Positions 1 through 12,044 are shown, counted from the stretch's first letter. The stretch: DNA of 64,000 bases from Octopus sinensis (GCF_006345805.1 NC_043002.1:51088001-51152000); one strand, 5' to 3'. The notes: generated by a model from the sequence alone, not told the origin. Made by a program: numbers and translations.

Positions 1-353
1 ACTTTCTGTAAAATTATTAAAATTTTGTTCAAACATCGCTATAGAAAATGAGTTATTAGCTAATATTCAATTGGGTATACAACAAAATTTTACGATAGAA
101 TTTGTTATTCTGGGTAACTTTCTGTAAAATTATTAAAATTTTGTTCAAACAATCGCTATAGAAAATGTTATTAGCTAATTTCAATTGGGTATACAAAACA
201 AAATTTTACGATAGAATTTGTTATTCTGGGTAACTTTCTGTAAAATTATTAAAATTTTGTCAAACATCGCTATAGAAATGGGTTATTAGCTAATATTCAA
301 TGGGTATACAACAAAATTTTACAATAGAATTTGTTATTCTGGGTAACTTTCTG
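1..353. repeat. Tandem array of ~116-bp units (3 copies plus a fragment; may continue left of the window)
   Basis: ACTTTCTGTAAAATTATTAAAATTTTG... starts at 1, 117 and 233; a partial ACTTTCTG recurs at 346. Copies differ mainly by small indels. Confidence 0.95.
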
Positions 354-640
354 ATACCCATAATAATATTTATGGCAAATAGGCCTTAATTTCATTTAAG
401 ATTGTGGGAAATAACAAACTAATCCTTTCTTTCGGTTTGTTTACGTTTAGCGTAATGATTTCAAATAGGCTCATTCGAAAAAGTAAATAGAAATAGTCTA
501 AGGCTTTACTCTTCTGGGAAAGTCTGTGGCTTGGTCCAGTTTCTTCAGAAAACTCACCGAAAGAAACAGTTTTTAAATTTTCACTCCATTCAGGTACCAA
601 TTCGTTTTCTTTATCGCTGTCGGATTCACTGTTTTCACTT
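340..640 (-). pseudogene. piggyBac-like (PGBD/DDE_Tnp_1_7) transposase N-terminal fragment, frameshifted
   Basis: Minus strand reads SESDSDKENELVPEWSENLKTVSFGEFSEETGPSHRLSQKSKALDYFYLLF...EIKAYL, then after a frameshift INIIMGIRKLPRI. This matches the piggyBac pattern acidic region / F..GP....PLDYF.LF / E.KAFLG..I.MG..KLP. Confidence 0.7.
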
Positions 641-1010
641 TAATAGCTGCAAACTTGCAAGACAAGGAGGAGAAGGGTGATAGCGTCAATGAAACAATTC
701 GCTCCCTTTGGTGTGTGTGTGCGTTTGCGTGTGGTGTAAACCAGACTAAGAAAAGCATTTGACACACACACCAGAATGTTAGTTTTCTGTAAATTTTGCT
801 TAATTGGAGTTTAAATTTTAAAAACTGGACCTGGCATGACGCGATGCATTGTACTCTTAAAATTGCTAGGTAAATTGTAATTGAAGAAATCCTATATTGT
901 AGATTTGTATAACTCCCAAAGGGAGGCAGATAAAATCTGCCTTTTATAATAAGAGATATATATATATATATATATATAATATATATATATATATACACGA
1001 ACATGCATTC

Positions 1011-1368
1011 TTTTATTTGCTTCAGTCTTTTTGACTGCGGCCATGCTGGAGCACCGCCTTTAGTTGAACAAATCGACCCCTGGACTTATTCTCTGTAAGC
1101 TTAGTGCATATTCTATCGGTCGCTAAGTTACGGGGACGTAAACACACCAGCATCGGTTGTCAAGTGATCGTGGGAAGACAGACACACAAACATACACGCA
1201 CACATACATATACACATATACATATATATACGGCGAGCTTTTTTTCAGTTTCCGTGTACAAAATTCACTCACAAGGCTTTAGTAGGCCCGAGGTGCCATG
1301 CAATGTGACTGAACCAGGGACCATGAGGTTGGTTAGCAAGCTACTTACCGCACAGCCACGCCTACGCC
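1011..1368 (-). mobile_element. tRNA-derived SINE, family A (internal microsatellite, ...GACTGAAACAAGTAAAAGA-type tail)
   Basis: Minus-strand head GGCGTAGGCGTGGCTGTGCGGTAAGTAGCTTGC...GGTTCAGTC has A/B-box-like motifs. The body GACTGCGGCCATGCTGGAGCACCGCC is shared with several other copies in the window. Confidence 0.85.
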
Positions 1369-1369
1369 G

Positions 1370-1416
<47 letters not shown>

Positions 1417-1691
1417 TGTATGTGTGTGTGTGTGTGTTTCTTATAAAATTTATTGGCAGTAACTAGGTAATTATTTTTCATTGGTTTATAAAGGCACGTT
1501 CTCTTAACATAATTGCATTTTAACTTGTAGCGCTACGATTTGTATTTGTTACGTTCTAGGTTCATTCAAGTTGTATGTCTTGCCAGCACATTCTTTCCAC
1601 ATGCATGCCATATGTATACTTGCGCATCTACATTATAGAATATATGACGCAATGATATAAAACCAATGTAAAAAATACCGTATTCGTACTA

Positions 1692-1736
<45 letters not shown>

Positions 1737-1999
1737 TGTGTGTGTGTGTGTGTTCTAATAAAAAGTTAGATCTAAATTGAAAATTTAAACTGCATTTTGT
1801 ATGCATCGCTAATATTATGCCGGCAAAGCACGTTTACTACTAATGGCTACCTGGTGCCATCCACGGTAATTGCACAACCATCGCAGGATGTACGTTAATA
1901 ATTCCTCAGTGCACGCAGAGCATAGTAGAAACAATTTCTCTATCTTCCGTATCAATTGTTTCTACTTTTTATACACATACATGAATGAATTTGGGGTTG

Positions 2000-2290
2000 C
2001 TCCTAGAAAGTTACCCTCCGAAGCACAAGTCCGGAAAAGGTTGTTTGTGGGCAAGGTTGTAGTCGTCCATGCATACCAGCCTCCCTTCTCCACACCACTG
2101 ATGTTATCCAAGGGAAACCCAAAGGCCGATACAGCTTGGCACCAGTGATGTCGCAACTCATTTTTACAGCTGGGTGAATTGGAGCAACGTGAAATAAAGT
2201 GTCTTGCTCAGGAACACAACACGCAGCCCGGTTCGGGCATCGAACTCAAAACCTCACGATCGTTAAGCTCGACGCTCTAACCACTGAGCG
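2000..2290 (-). mobile_element. tRNA-derived SINE, family D
   Basis: Reverse-complement homolog of 23731-24066 (GCTCAGTGGTTAGAGCG head, GTTGCTCCAATTCACCCAGCTG, TGGTGCCAAGCTG, GGAGGGTAACTTTC). Confidence 0.8.
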
Positions 2291-2639
2291 GACATATATT
2301 GATGAATAGACTGACAGATAGACATAGGTATGCATGTATATTTAATGGGATAGGGCAAGATACGGAAAGAGAGAGAATGAGTGGGGCAGTAAGAACAGGC
2401 AATATGCAGACTGCCGGACTGGAAGTTTTAGCATTATCGTTTCATTGCAGCATTCTCCATTCCTCGGATACTCCTTTAAGCTCAGCAGATAATCAGTGGA
2501 CATTCTATAGCAGTCTTCTTGAAGACAGTTCCATCAACAACTAGCTCCACTCGTCTGTACGTACTCTCCTTCTCCGACTGTTTCCTCAATGCCTCACTTT
2601 CATCTAAAAACGACACTTTCTCCCTATATCACTTTATAC

Positions 2640-3185
2640 ACACACAAACACACACACACATATATACACATATATGTGTGTGTATAAGTATGCATATTTA
2701 TACATGTATGTGTGTGTTATATATATATATAATATATATATATATATATTCTTGTGTGTATAAGGATATGTGTTCATGTGCATATATATATATTATATAT
2801 ATATATATATATATAATATATAATATATATATACATATATACATATCTATAAATATTGAATATATGCACAAATATATCTGCATATATGTATAGATATACA
2901 ACACACATATACACACACGTGTATTATGTGTGCGTATTATATACATATTTATATGCATATACATAAATGTATAATTATATATATATATATATATATTCAC
3001 TATTTTCTATTTCTTTCTCTCCGACCTCTCTTTCTCTCTTTCCTCTCCCTCCTCCGTTGCACCCTCCGTCTCTCTCTCTCTCTCCCTCTCTCTCTCTCTC
3101 TCCCTCTCTCTCTCTCTCTTTCTCCCTCTCTCACTCTCCCCCCTCCCCGTCTCGTTCCCTCTAATTCTCTCTCTAATCTAAATAT
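2640..3185. repeat. Compound (CA)/(TA)/(CT) microsatellite
   Basis: Direct reading; the ORFs here are repeat translations. Confidence 0.95.
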
Positions 3186-3479
3186 GGTGTGTAAGCAGCC
3201 AGACATAACGACGCTTCATCAGTCCTGGCATCTTGCAATGTTAATTCTACGGTTTGATCTCAATAACAATTAAGGACGACATGATGGCTGTGAAACTCAT
3301 ACAGCCATCAATCTATGTCATTTCATAAATTTCTTCTTGCTATTTTTTTTTTGAATTTTTTTTTATTTATTTATCAATTTATTTATATATTTTTTTGCCC
3401 TTGCTTTATTATTAGCTTTGTTATTCTGTTTCTTTTTTTACGTTTTATTTTTTTTCTTTATATTTTTCTGTTGGTTGAT

Positions 3480-4212
3480 GGTTGCTTAGTGTAGCTTGTT
3501 AGTGATGTTGGTGTTGTTGTTGTTGGTATGGTCGTTGTTGTTGTTGGTGAAGTGGTGGCGATGGTTGTAGTGTTGGTGGTTGGTGTTGATGTTGATGTTA
3601 GTGTTTGCGTAGGTGGTGTTTGTGCTGGTGCTGGTGGTGGTGGTGGCGGTGGTGATGGCGGTGATACTTGTGTGTGTTTGTTGTTATAGCAACAGCGGTG
3701 TTAGCTTTTTGTTGTTGCTCTGGTGGTGGTGGTGGTGGTGGTGATGATGTTGGTGTTGATGATGTTGGTAATGATGATGTTGGTGGTGTTGGAGGTCGGG
3801 ATGGTGGTGGTGATGTTGGTGGTGATTTTGGTGGTGGTGTTTGTGGTGGTTGTCTTGATACTGTTAGTGGTGGCGGGGCTAGTGGTGGTAGTGGCACTGG
3901 AGGGTCTTGCGGTGATTATGGTGTTGGTGCTGGTAATGGTGGTAGTGTGAGTGGTGAAGGCGATTGTATTGGTTGTGCTGTTGGTGCTAATGCTTGTGGA
4001 AGTAGTGGTTGGTAGTAGTGGTGGTGGTGGTGATTTCGGTAGTGGTGGTCTTTATGTTAGAGTTGCATTATCATTGTTATGGTAGTGGTGGCGGTGGTGT
4101 TAGCTTATTTCGTAGTGGTGGTGGTGGTGATGGTGGTAGTGACGGTGATGGTGGTAGTGACGGTGATGGTGGTGGTGGTGGCGTCAGCGATGTTGTTGCT
4201 ATTTATTGCTCT

Positions 4213-4259
<47 letters not shown>

Positions 4260-4620
4260 TTCTTCTTCTTCATCATCATCATCATTATCATCATGTTGTT
4301 GAGGTTGTCGACGATGGAGGTGTTAGGTGTTGTTATAGCTGCTAGCATTCATGTTGTTATTACTATTATTGTTATTGTGTTTGCTGTAATTGTTGTTGTT
4401 GTTTTTGTTATTGATTGCGACTGTTGCTGGGGTTGTTGGTAGTGGCTGTGGTGCAGATATTGGTATTATTGCTGTTAAAGAATTCGCTGTTGTTGTAGTT
4501 ATTACAGGCGATGGTTCTGGTGCCGGCTGCGTTGTTGTTTTTGTTATGGCTGATCTTCGCATTTGGCGAACTTAATGTTTGTTTGTTGCTGGTAGTACAG
4601 TAGTAATAGTTGTTATTATT
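3480..4620. repeat. Degenerate (GGT)/(GTT)/(CTT)/(CAT) trinucleotide low-complexity tract
   Basis: Direct reading; produces poly-G, poly-V, poly-P and poly-S ORFs in several frames. Confidence 0.9.
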
Positions 4621-4631
4621 AAGGTGGCGAA

Positions 4632-5934
4632 GGCGGCGAGATGGCCGAATCGTTAGCAAGCCGGGCAAGATGCTTAGCGGCATTTCATCCGTATTTACGT
4701 TCTGAGTTCAAATTCCGCCGAGTTCGACTTCGCCTTTAATCCATTCGGGGTCGATAAAATAAGTACCAGTTACGCAGTAGGGTCTAATGTAATCGACTTA
4801 AGTCCTCCCCAAAAATTTCAGGCCTTGTGCCTAATAGCAGAAAAGATTATTAAGGCGGCGAGCTGGCAGAATCATTTGCACGCCCGCCGAAATATTTAGC
4901 GGCCTTTCATCCGTCCTTATGTTCTGAGTTCAATTCCATCATAGTCGACTTTGCCTTTTAACCTTTTGGGGTCGATGAAATAAGTACCAGTCAAGCACTG
5001 GGGTCGATGTAATCGACTAACCCCCTCCCAACAAATTTCAGCCCTTGTGCTTTTAGCAGAAAGGCTTGTTAAGGCAGTGAACTGGTCGAACTGTTTGCAC
5101 GCCTGGGTAAATGCTTAGCGGTATTTAGTCCCTCTTTGTAATCTGAGTTCAAATTCCGCCGAGATCGAATTTGTCTTTCATTTTTCGGGGTCGATAACAT
5201 AAGTACCATCTGAGAACTGGAGTCAGTCTAATCGGCTTACCTCCACCCACGAACTTGCTGGCCTTGTGCCAAAATTTGAAATCGTTATAATTATTAACAT
5301 CAAGGTCGTGTAGGACAGTGGTCTGTTGGAGTCGTTAGCACACTGGACAAGATGCTTAGTAGCATGGTTCTTTTTGTTCAGACTTTAAATTCCATCGATG
5401 TCGACTTTGCATTTCATCCTCCAGGAATCGATAAAATAAGCGACAGTGAAGAACAGGGGTCGGGTAATCGACTAGCTCATCCTCTTAAAATTTCAGGCCT
5501 TGTCCCTATAATAGAAAGAATTGCCCGTTTGAGACAAGCTCTACATTCACGAAAGTGCCGTCAGACGGACTTGTCCTAAATTAATCCGTTCTGCATGCCC
5601 TTGTTCAGTTTCTGGCCATGGCTGACTTGTGGAGCCTTGTTGGACGGATTCGATTATCAGCCGAATCTATCGTGAAGAATGTCCCGTCACCTTCTTTTGG
5701 CCGGGAAGTGAAGAGAGCTTTCTTCTGCTTGGTGGCTATAATAAAAGAGATGGTGTGGTGGACGACATTAAAAGGACGGCATTTCGTCTGTCTTTACGTT
5801 CCGAGTTCAAATTCCGCCGAGGTCGACTTAAATTTCATCCGTTCGGGGTCGGCAAGGTAAGTACCAGTCGAGTACTGGAGTTGATGTAATCGACTATCTC
5901 TAAAATTTTAAGCCTTGTGCCTATAGTAGAAAGG

Positions 5935-5993
<59 letters not shown>

Positions 5994-7300
5994 TGAAGTT
6001 GATAAAGCGGCGAGCCGGTCATCTCGTTTACACGCCGGACTAAATTATTTAACGGTATTTTGTCCGCCTGTTCATTGCGTATTCGAATTCTGTCGAGATC
6101 GACTCATCACCTGCTGTCCTTTCGGGGTCGATAAAATAAGAACCAGTCAGGTACTGGGATCAAAGTAATCGATTAGCCTCTCTGCCAAACCTTCAGGCTT
6201 TGTGCCTCTGCAGCAGAAAAAATTATTACAATAGCATAAGGCGGCGACTGGCAGAATCGTTAGCACGCTGGTTCAAAATGCTTAGCGATATTTCATCCGT
6301 CTATTCGTTCTGAGTTCAAATTCCTACGAGGTCGACTTTACCTTTCATCCCTTCAGAATCGATTAAATAATTACCTGTAAAAGCATTGGGCTCGATATAT
6401 TCGAATCACCTCTTCCTAAAAATTACTGATTTTGTGCCAACAATAGAGAGAAATATTCTTTACTACTCTAGGTGCAAGGCCCGAAATTTTCGGTCAGGGG
6501 GCCAGTCGATTAGATCGACTCCAGTACGCAACTGGTACTTAATTTATCGACCTCGAAAGGATAAAAGGCAAAGTTGACATCAGCGGAATTTGAACTCAGA
6601 ACGTAAAGATAGAAGAAATACCGCTAAGCATCCCCCCCCCCAGCGTACTAACGTTTCTTATTTCTTTACTGACTACAAGGGGCTACACACAGAGGGGAGA
6701 AACAAGGACAGATAAACGGATTAAGTCGATTATATCGACCCAGTATGTAACTGGTACTTATTTAATCGAACCCGAAAGGATGAAAGGCAAAGTTGATCTC
6801 AGCGGAATTTGAAGTCAGAACGTAAAGATAGAGGAAATACCTATTTCTTTACTACCCACAAGGGGTTAAACACAGAGGGGACAAACAAGGACAGACAAAT
6901 GGATTAAGTCGATTACATCGACCCCCCCCCCCAGGGCGTAACTGGTACTTATTTAATCGACCCCAAAATGACGAAAGGCGAAGTCGACCTCGGCGGAATT
7001 TAAACTCAGAACACGAAGATAGACGAAATACGGCTAAGCATTTCGCCCAGCGTTTCTGACAGCTCGACGACGCCTTAATAGAAAGAAATATTAAAGCGAC
7101 GATCTGGTTGAATTGTTAGCACGCCGGACAAATAGCTTAACGGAATTTCTCCCGGCTCTATGTGTTTTGAGTCTAAATCCCGACGTCCAGGTCGTTTCGG
7201 GTTGGATAAAATAAGGACCAGCTGAGTACTGGGGTCGATGTGATCCACTAGCTCCCTCACAATAAAATTTCAGGCGTAGTACCTACAGAAGAAATGATTA
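4632..7300. mobile_element. Cluster of ~11 family-B SINE units (tRNA-like head plus Meta-domain-like core): 7 on plus, 3 on minus, 1 on plus
   Basis: Repeated GGCGGCGAGCTGGCAGAA...GAGTTCAAATTCCGCCGAGGTCGACTTTGCCTTTCATCCTTTCGGGGTCGATAAAATAAGTACCAG. Plus-strand units start at about 4632, 4854, 5073, 5303, 5776, 6005, 6240 and 7090; minus-strand units span 6451-7075. The core resembles the MetaSINE domain as I recall it. Confidence 0.9.
5525..5775 (+). pseudogene. L1/Tx1-clade LINE ORF2 C-terminal fragment
   Basis: ADLWSLVGRIRLSAESIVKNVPSPSFGREVKRAFFCLVAIIKEMVWWTTLKG aligns by eye with RRIRQLAESVVRIAPPPSFSRAGKAVFLCLVAVVKEIVWWTRLKG of the longer copy at 48129-48353. Confidence 0.75.
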
Positions 7301-7543
7301 TCATTTAAGTTGATGTTGCTGTACTCTGCTATGCATTGCTTTAGCATTTGTGATTGTTGTTGTTATTGGACTATATATTATACATAGTATGATGTTTCTT
7401 GTTGTTAATGTTGCATTTGTTCCAATTGTTGTTGTCGTTGTTGCTGATATTGTTGTTCATGGTGTCTTTTTTTTTTTATTTCTGTCTCAATTTATTATGC
7501 TTTCCTCTCCGCTTTTCTATTAAGGTCTCACATTTTCGGCTCC

Positions 7544-7629
<86 letters not shown>

Positions 7630-7634
<5 letters not shown>

Positions 7635-8010
7635 TCTTTTACTTGTTTCAGTCATTTGACTGCGGCCATGTTGTAGCACTGCCTTTAGTCGAGCAAATCG
7701 ACCCCAGGACTTATTCTTTGTAAGCTTAATAATAATTCTATCGATCTTTTTTACCGAAACGCTAAGTTACGGGGACGCAAACACCAGCATCGGTTGTCAA
7801 GCGATGTTGGGGAGGACAAACACACACATATACATATACATATATACAACAGGCTTTTTTCAGTTTCCGTCTACCAAATCCACTCATAAGGCTTTGGTCG
7901 GCCCGAAGCTATAGTAGAAGACACTTGCCTAAGGTGCCAAGCAGTGGGACTGAACCTGGAACGATGTGTCTGGTAAGCAAGTTACTTACCACACAGCCAC
8001 TCCTGCGCCT
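7630..8010 (-). mobile_element. SINE family A, near full-length
   Basis: TTTTACTTGTTTCAGTCATTTGACTGCGGCCATG...CACAGCCACTCCTGCGCCT; collinear with the 1011-1368 and 9910-10338 copies. Confidence 0.9.
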
Positions 8011-8074
8011 ATATTTTTATTTTATTTTATTTTATCGAATTCGTTCTGTAATCGATTAGCATACAGCATGATAG

Positions 8075-8620
8075 AAAGTGGTGATAGTGATGGTAACGAT
8101 GATGATAATTAAGATGTGTGATAATGGTGACGATGATGATGATGATGATGATGTGGATGATGATGATGATGATGATGATGATCACAACGATGTCGATGAT
8201 AACGATGACGATGATAATGATGATGATGATGCTGAAGATGCTGGTGACGACAATGATGATGATGATGTCGATGATGACGGTGATGATAAGTATAATGATA
8301 GCGGTGGTAGTGGCGGTGTTGGTGGCGACGGCAGTAATTATGGTGGGCATGGTGTTGTAAGTGTTACTGAAAGTGTCGATGGTAATAAGGGTGGTGGTGG
8401 TGGTGGGGATGATGGTTGCGGTTGCAGTCGTGGTAGCGATGGCGTTGTTGGTGGTGGTAGCTTTGATATTTAGTTCACGTGTTGTGGTAGTAGCGGCAGA
8501 AGTTCTTGTGGGAGTGAAAGTGGTTGTGTTCGTCGTGGTTGCAGTTGCAGTAATGGTAGCGATGGTATTATTGGTGATGGTAGCGTTGATACTTAGTTTA
8601 CGTTTTGAGGTGGTAGTGAT
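8075..8620. repeat. (GAT)/(GGT) low-complexity tract
   Basis: Direct reading; gives poly-D, poly-M and poly-V ORFs. Confidence 0.9.
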
Positions 8621-8623
8621 CGA

Positions 8624-9230
8624 TGTGCAAAATTTGAACTCAGAACGTAAAGACAGACGAAATACCGCTAAGTATTGCGCCGGGCGTGATAACGTTTCTA
8701 CCAGCTAAATGCCTTCGTAGCTTATAATATTCTTTTCCACTCTAGACACAAGGCTGGAAATTTGGGGGGAGGAGCACAGTCGATTAGATGGATCCCAGAT
8801 AAAGACAGATGAAGTACCGTTAAGCATTTCACTCGGTATGCTAACGATTCTACCAGCTCACCGCCCTTTTATTTTAGAGGAGTGGGGCAGTCGATTAGAT
8901 CGGCCTCAGTGCATAACTGGTACTTATTTAATCGACCCCGAAAGGATGATAGGCAAAGTCGGCCTCGGCGGAATTTGAACTCAGAACGTAAAGACAGACG
9001 AAATACCTATTTTTTTACTACCCACAAGTGGCTAAACACAGAGAGGACAAACAAGGACAGACAAACGGATTAAGTCGATTATATCGACCCCAGTGCGTAA
9101 CTGGTACTTATTTAATCGATCCCGAAAGGATGAAAAGCAAAGTCGACCTCGGCGGAATTTAAACTCAGAACGTAGCGACAACGAAATACTGCAAAGCATT
9201 TTGCCCGGCGTACTAACGATTCTGCCTACC
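8624..9230 (-). mobile_element. Cluster of family-B SINE units, including a tail-M composite at 8870-9227
   Basis: Repeated GGAATTTGAACTCAGAACGTAAAGACAGACGAAATACC (reverse complement of the B head) at about 8630, 8970 and 9155. Confidence 0.85.
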
Positions 9231-9909
9231 TTATAATATTAATCACACCAGGGTGGCGATTTGGCAGAATTGTTTGAACGTCAGACTAAATTCCTAATAG
9301 CACTATCTTTATGACGCTTAATATTCTGATTCCGAATCCTGTTGTGGTCAATTAATCCTTCCAGCACCTAATTTTCTGACATTGTGCCTAAGATAGTAAT
9401 TATTATTTGTTGGTCACGTCGACGACGTTGACGACTGTGATGATAATGATGCTGGTGACCATGTTTGTGCCAATGTAGTCAAGGTAATAAGCATGAGGCA
9501 CTTTATGTAGGAAACTATTTAGGTATTTAGGTGACAACATTGGGTCCTGTACTAGAGTGTAATTTGTTTTTATCGACCCCAAAAGGATAAAATGCAAAGC
9601 TGGCCACGATGGAACGTTAACTGAGAATGTAAAGAACCGGAAGAAATATTGCATAACATTTTGTTCGACGCTCAAGCGCTTCTAAATCACCGTCTTGAAA
9701 TGGTGAAAAGTTATACTGATAGTGCTAGGCCCTGGAATAGCCACGTGAATAAGAAGCTCACTTTTCAACTACATAATTTGGGGTTCAATATCACTTCGCA
9801 CATCTTGGGCGAGTGCCTTCTTTTATAACCACGGGCCCCCTATGCCTTGCGAATGAATGTGGTAGACAGAAATTGTTCATTCTCTTTGTAGTGTTGGGAC
9901 GATTGTGAT

Positions 9910-10338
9910 AACTCTCTTTACTCTTTTACTTGTTTCAGTCATTTGACTGTGGTCATGCTGGAGCACCGCCTTTTAGTCTAGCAAATCGACACCAGGACTT
10001 ATTCTTTGTTAGCCTAGTACTTATTCTATCGGTCACTTTTGCCGAACCGCTAAGTAACGGGGACGTAAACACACCAGCATCGGTTGTCAAGTGATGTTGG
10101 GGGGACAAACGCAGATACACAAACATATACACACACACATACATATATGTATGCTTACGAACTACTTGGTTTCGGGTTCCGGCTTCTTTCAGTTTCCGTC
10201 AACCAAATCCACTCATAAGTTTTGGTTGACCCGAGGCTATAGTAGAAGACACTTATCCAAAGTACCACGCAGTGGGTTGGAACCTGAAACTATGTAGTTC
10301 GTAAGCAAGCTACTTACCACACAGCCACTCCTACGCCT
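9910..10338 (-). mobile_element. SINE family A, full-length
   Basis: Complete head-microsatellite-body-tail with repeated (TACTCTTT) tail. A degenerate plus-strand head of the same family lies at about 9738-9888. Confidence 0.9.
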
Positions 10339-10879
10339 AAAAGGAAAAAAACAATATAAATTTGGTTGCCTTCTTGATTCTGATAGAGTTCATAAGCATA
10401 ATGGTAATAGTGATGGTGGTGATGGTGGTGGCGGTGGTGATAGAGGTAAAAGCGGTGGCGGCACGTGAGGCGATAGTGCTGGCATTAATAGTATTGACGG
10501 TAGGGTTGTGGTTGATCATAGAAGAATTAATAGCAGTATAGATTGAGGTTTTAATAATGGTGATGTAAAGAGAGAGAAAAAAAAGATATTATTCAGTAGA
10601 ATAGATAGATATTAAGCAGAATGCTAGTGAAAGAATTACTAAGTAGTCTGAATGCTAAACATACTGATTATATAATCAATATATGTGTGTATGTGCGAGC
10701 GCGCGTGTGTATGTGTGTGTGTGCGTATACTGTGTATGTGTGTGTGCGTGTGCATTCGAAGCTGAGATTGCTCCGCCCGTTGTCGCGACGCTGAGTTCCA
10801 CGCTTCCATATTTAGGAGCAATATGTAAACGAATATACTCTACTATAATAGACTTGTGTTTGTGTGTGTAGTCAAATCG

Positions 10880-11040
10880 AAAAATCGAACATTAAAAATG
10901 ACAAAACAAAACGTTGTGCACATGGAATGTATTAGTTTGATGCTCAGTAAAAAAGTTTTTGATGCTTCGAGCATAGCTCTTCGTCAGAAAGGAAAACGGA
11001 AAAGCCTAAGTAAGGAAATAGCTCGTGTGTGGTTACATAT
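10880..11040 (-). mobile_element. Putative Penelope-type pseudo-LTR fragment with degenerate hammerhead motif
   Basis: Minus strand TTT-CTGACGA-A-GAGC-TAT-GCTC-GAAG-CATC-AAAA at 10953-10990. It has the same GAGC/GCTC stem II as the 19215 and 23160 motifs. Confidence 0.45.
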
Positions 11041-11057
11041 ATGTATGCATTTATGTA

Positions 11058-11172
<115 letters not shown>

Positions 11173-11313
11173 AACGTATAAATAAGGGCAAACGAAAGAA
11201 TTTCTAACGCCAAATATGCCGAAATTAGACACCATGTCCATAACCATATAATTTTTCACAATACGCACGCTACTCAAAAAAAGGTCGACAGAAATCTCTA
11301 AAAAATTCCATTA

Positions 11314-11373
11314 TTACCATATCGGACCGATTTCAGGGTTAGTTCGTACGAACCCTCCCTTCGTCAGTGATAA
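11314..11373 (-). ncRNA. Type I hammerhead ribozyme (predicted)
   Basis: TTATCA-CTGACGA-AGGG...CCCT-GAAA-TCGGTCCGA-TA-TGGTAA: intact core, 6-bp stem I with one G-U pair, stem II AGGG/CCCT, near-palindromic stem III, AUA cleavage triplet. Folded by eye. Confidence 0.7.
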
Positions 11374-11622
11374 ATGTGGTAAAGAAATAAATGAGATACT
11401 CATACCAATGGAAGAAGCAAACACTAAGTCATGAGCACAACTAAGTACCCCAAATACATCCAAACTAGAAATTCTCCAGCCCATTTGAGACACGTGCGAT
11501 TTGAACTGAGGCTCTCACAGTCTGCCCTTATTTATAGGTTGTTTATAAATTTAACCTTTAAAGATATTTTTCAATATGCTGGCCATTGATAACATTTTTT
11601 TCTAAAAAATTTTATCCTACAT

Positions 11623-11666
<44 letters not shown>

Positions 11667-11764
11667 CAACAATTGAGGGTAAAATTAATTAATTAATTAA
11701 TTAATCAATTTCACCAAGTATTCAGTATGCAAAGGGACCATTTAAGGCAAATTCAAATTATTAC

Positions 11765-12036
11765 ATTATATAAAAGGGCTTAGTAAAATAAATTACTTTG
11801 CCGCATACTGAACTCGTTAGAAATAGCAGCTAAAAAAAACTATTTCTAACACTTAAAGAAAACCTCTCTCATATAGTGTTTGCTCAATTCAACTCAAGAA
11901 GTTGAATTCAACTCTTGAGTTGAATTGAGCAAACACTATATGAGAGAGGTTTTCTTAAGTGTTAGAAATAGTTTTTTTAGCTGCTATTTCTAACGAGTTC
12001 AGTATGCGGCAAGTAATTTATTTTACTAAGCCCTTT

Positions 12037-12044
<8 letters not shown>
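11765..12044. repeat. ~280-bp spacerless palindrome (fold-back), arms ~140 bp
   Basis: ATTATATAAAAGGGCTTAGTAAAAT...TCAAGAAGTTGAA|TTCAACTCTTGA...ATTTTACTAAGCCCTTTTATATAAT. Centre at GAATTC 11904-11909; the arms differ by about four single-base indels. Confidence 0.95.

Noticed and set aside
3598-4562. Pro-, Gly- or Thr-rich ORFs as a mucin or structural protein
   Set aside because: Overlapping ORFs on both strands come from degenerate trinucleotide repeats; there are no splice or domain signals.
4632-7300. SINE cluster or 116/183/605-bp arrays as a CRISPR array, or SINE heads as tRNA genes
   Set aside because: The context is eukaryotic, there is no short repeat-unique spacer pattern and no cas genes. 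The tRNA-like heads lack full cloverleaves and continue into SINE bodies.
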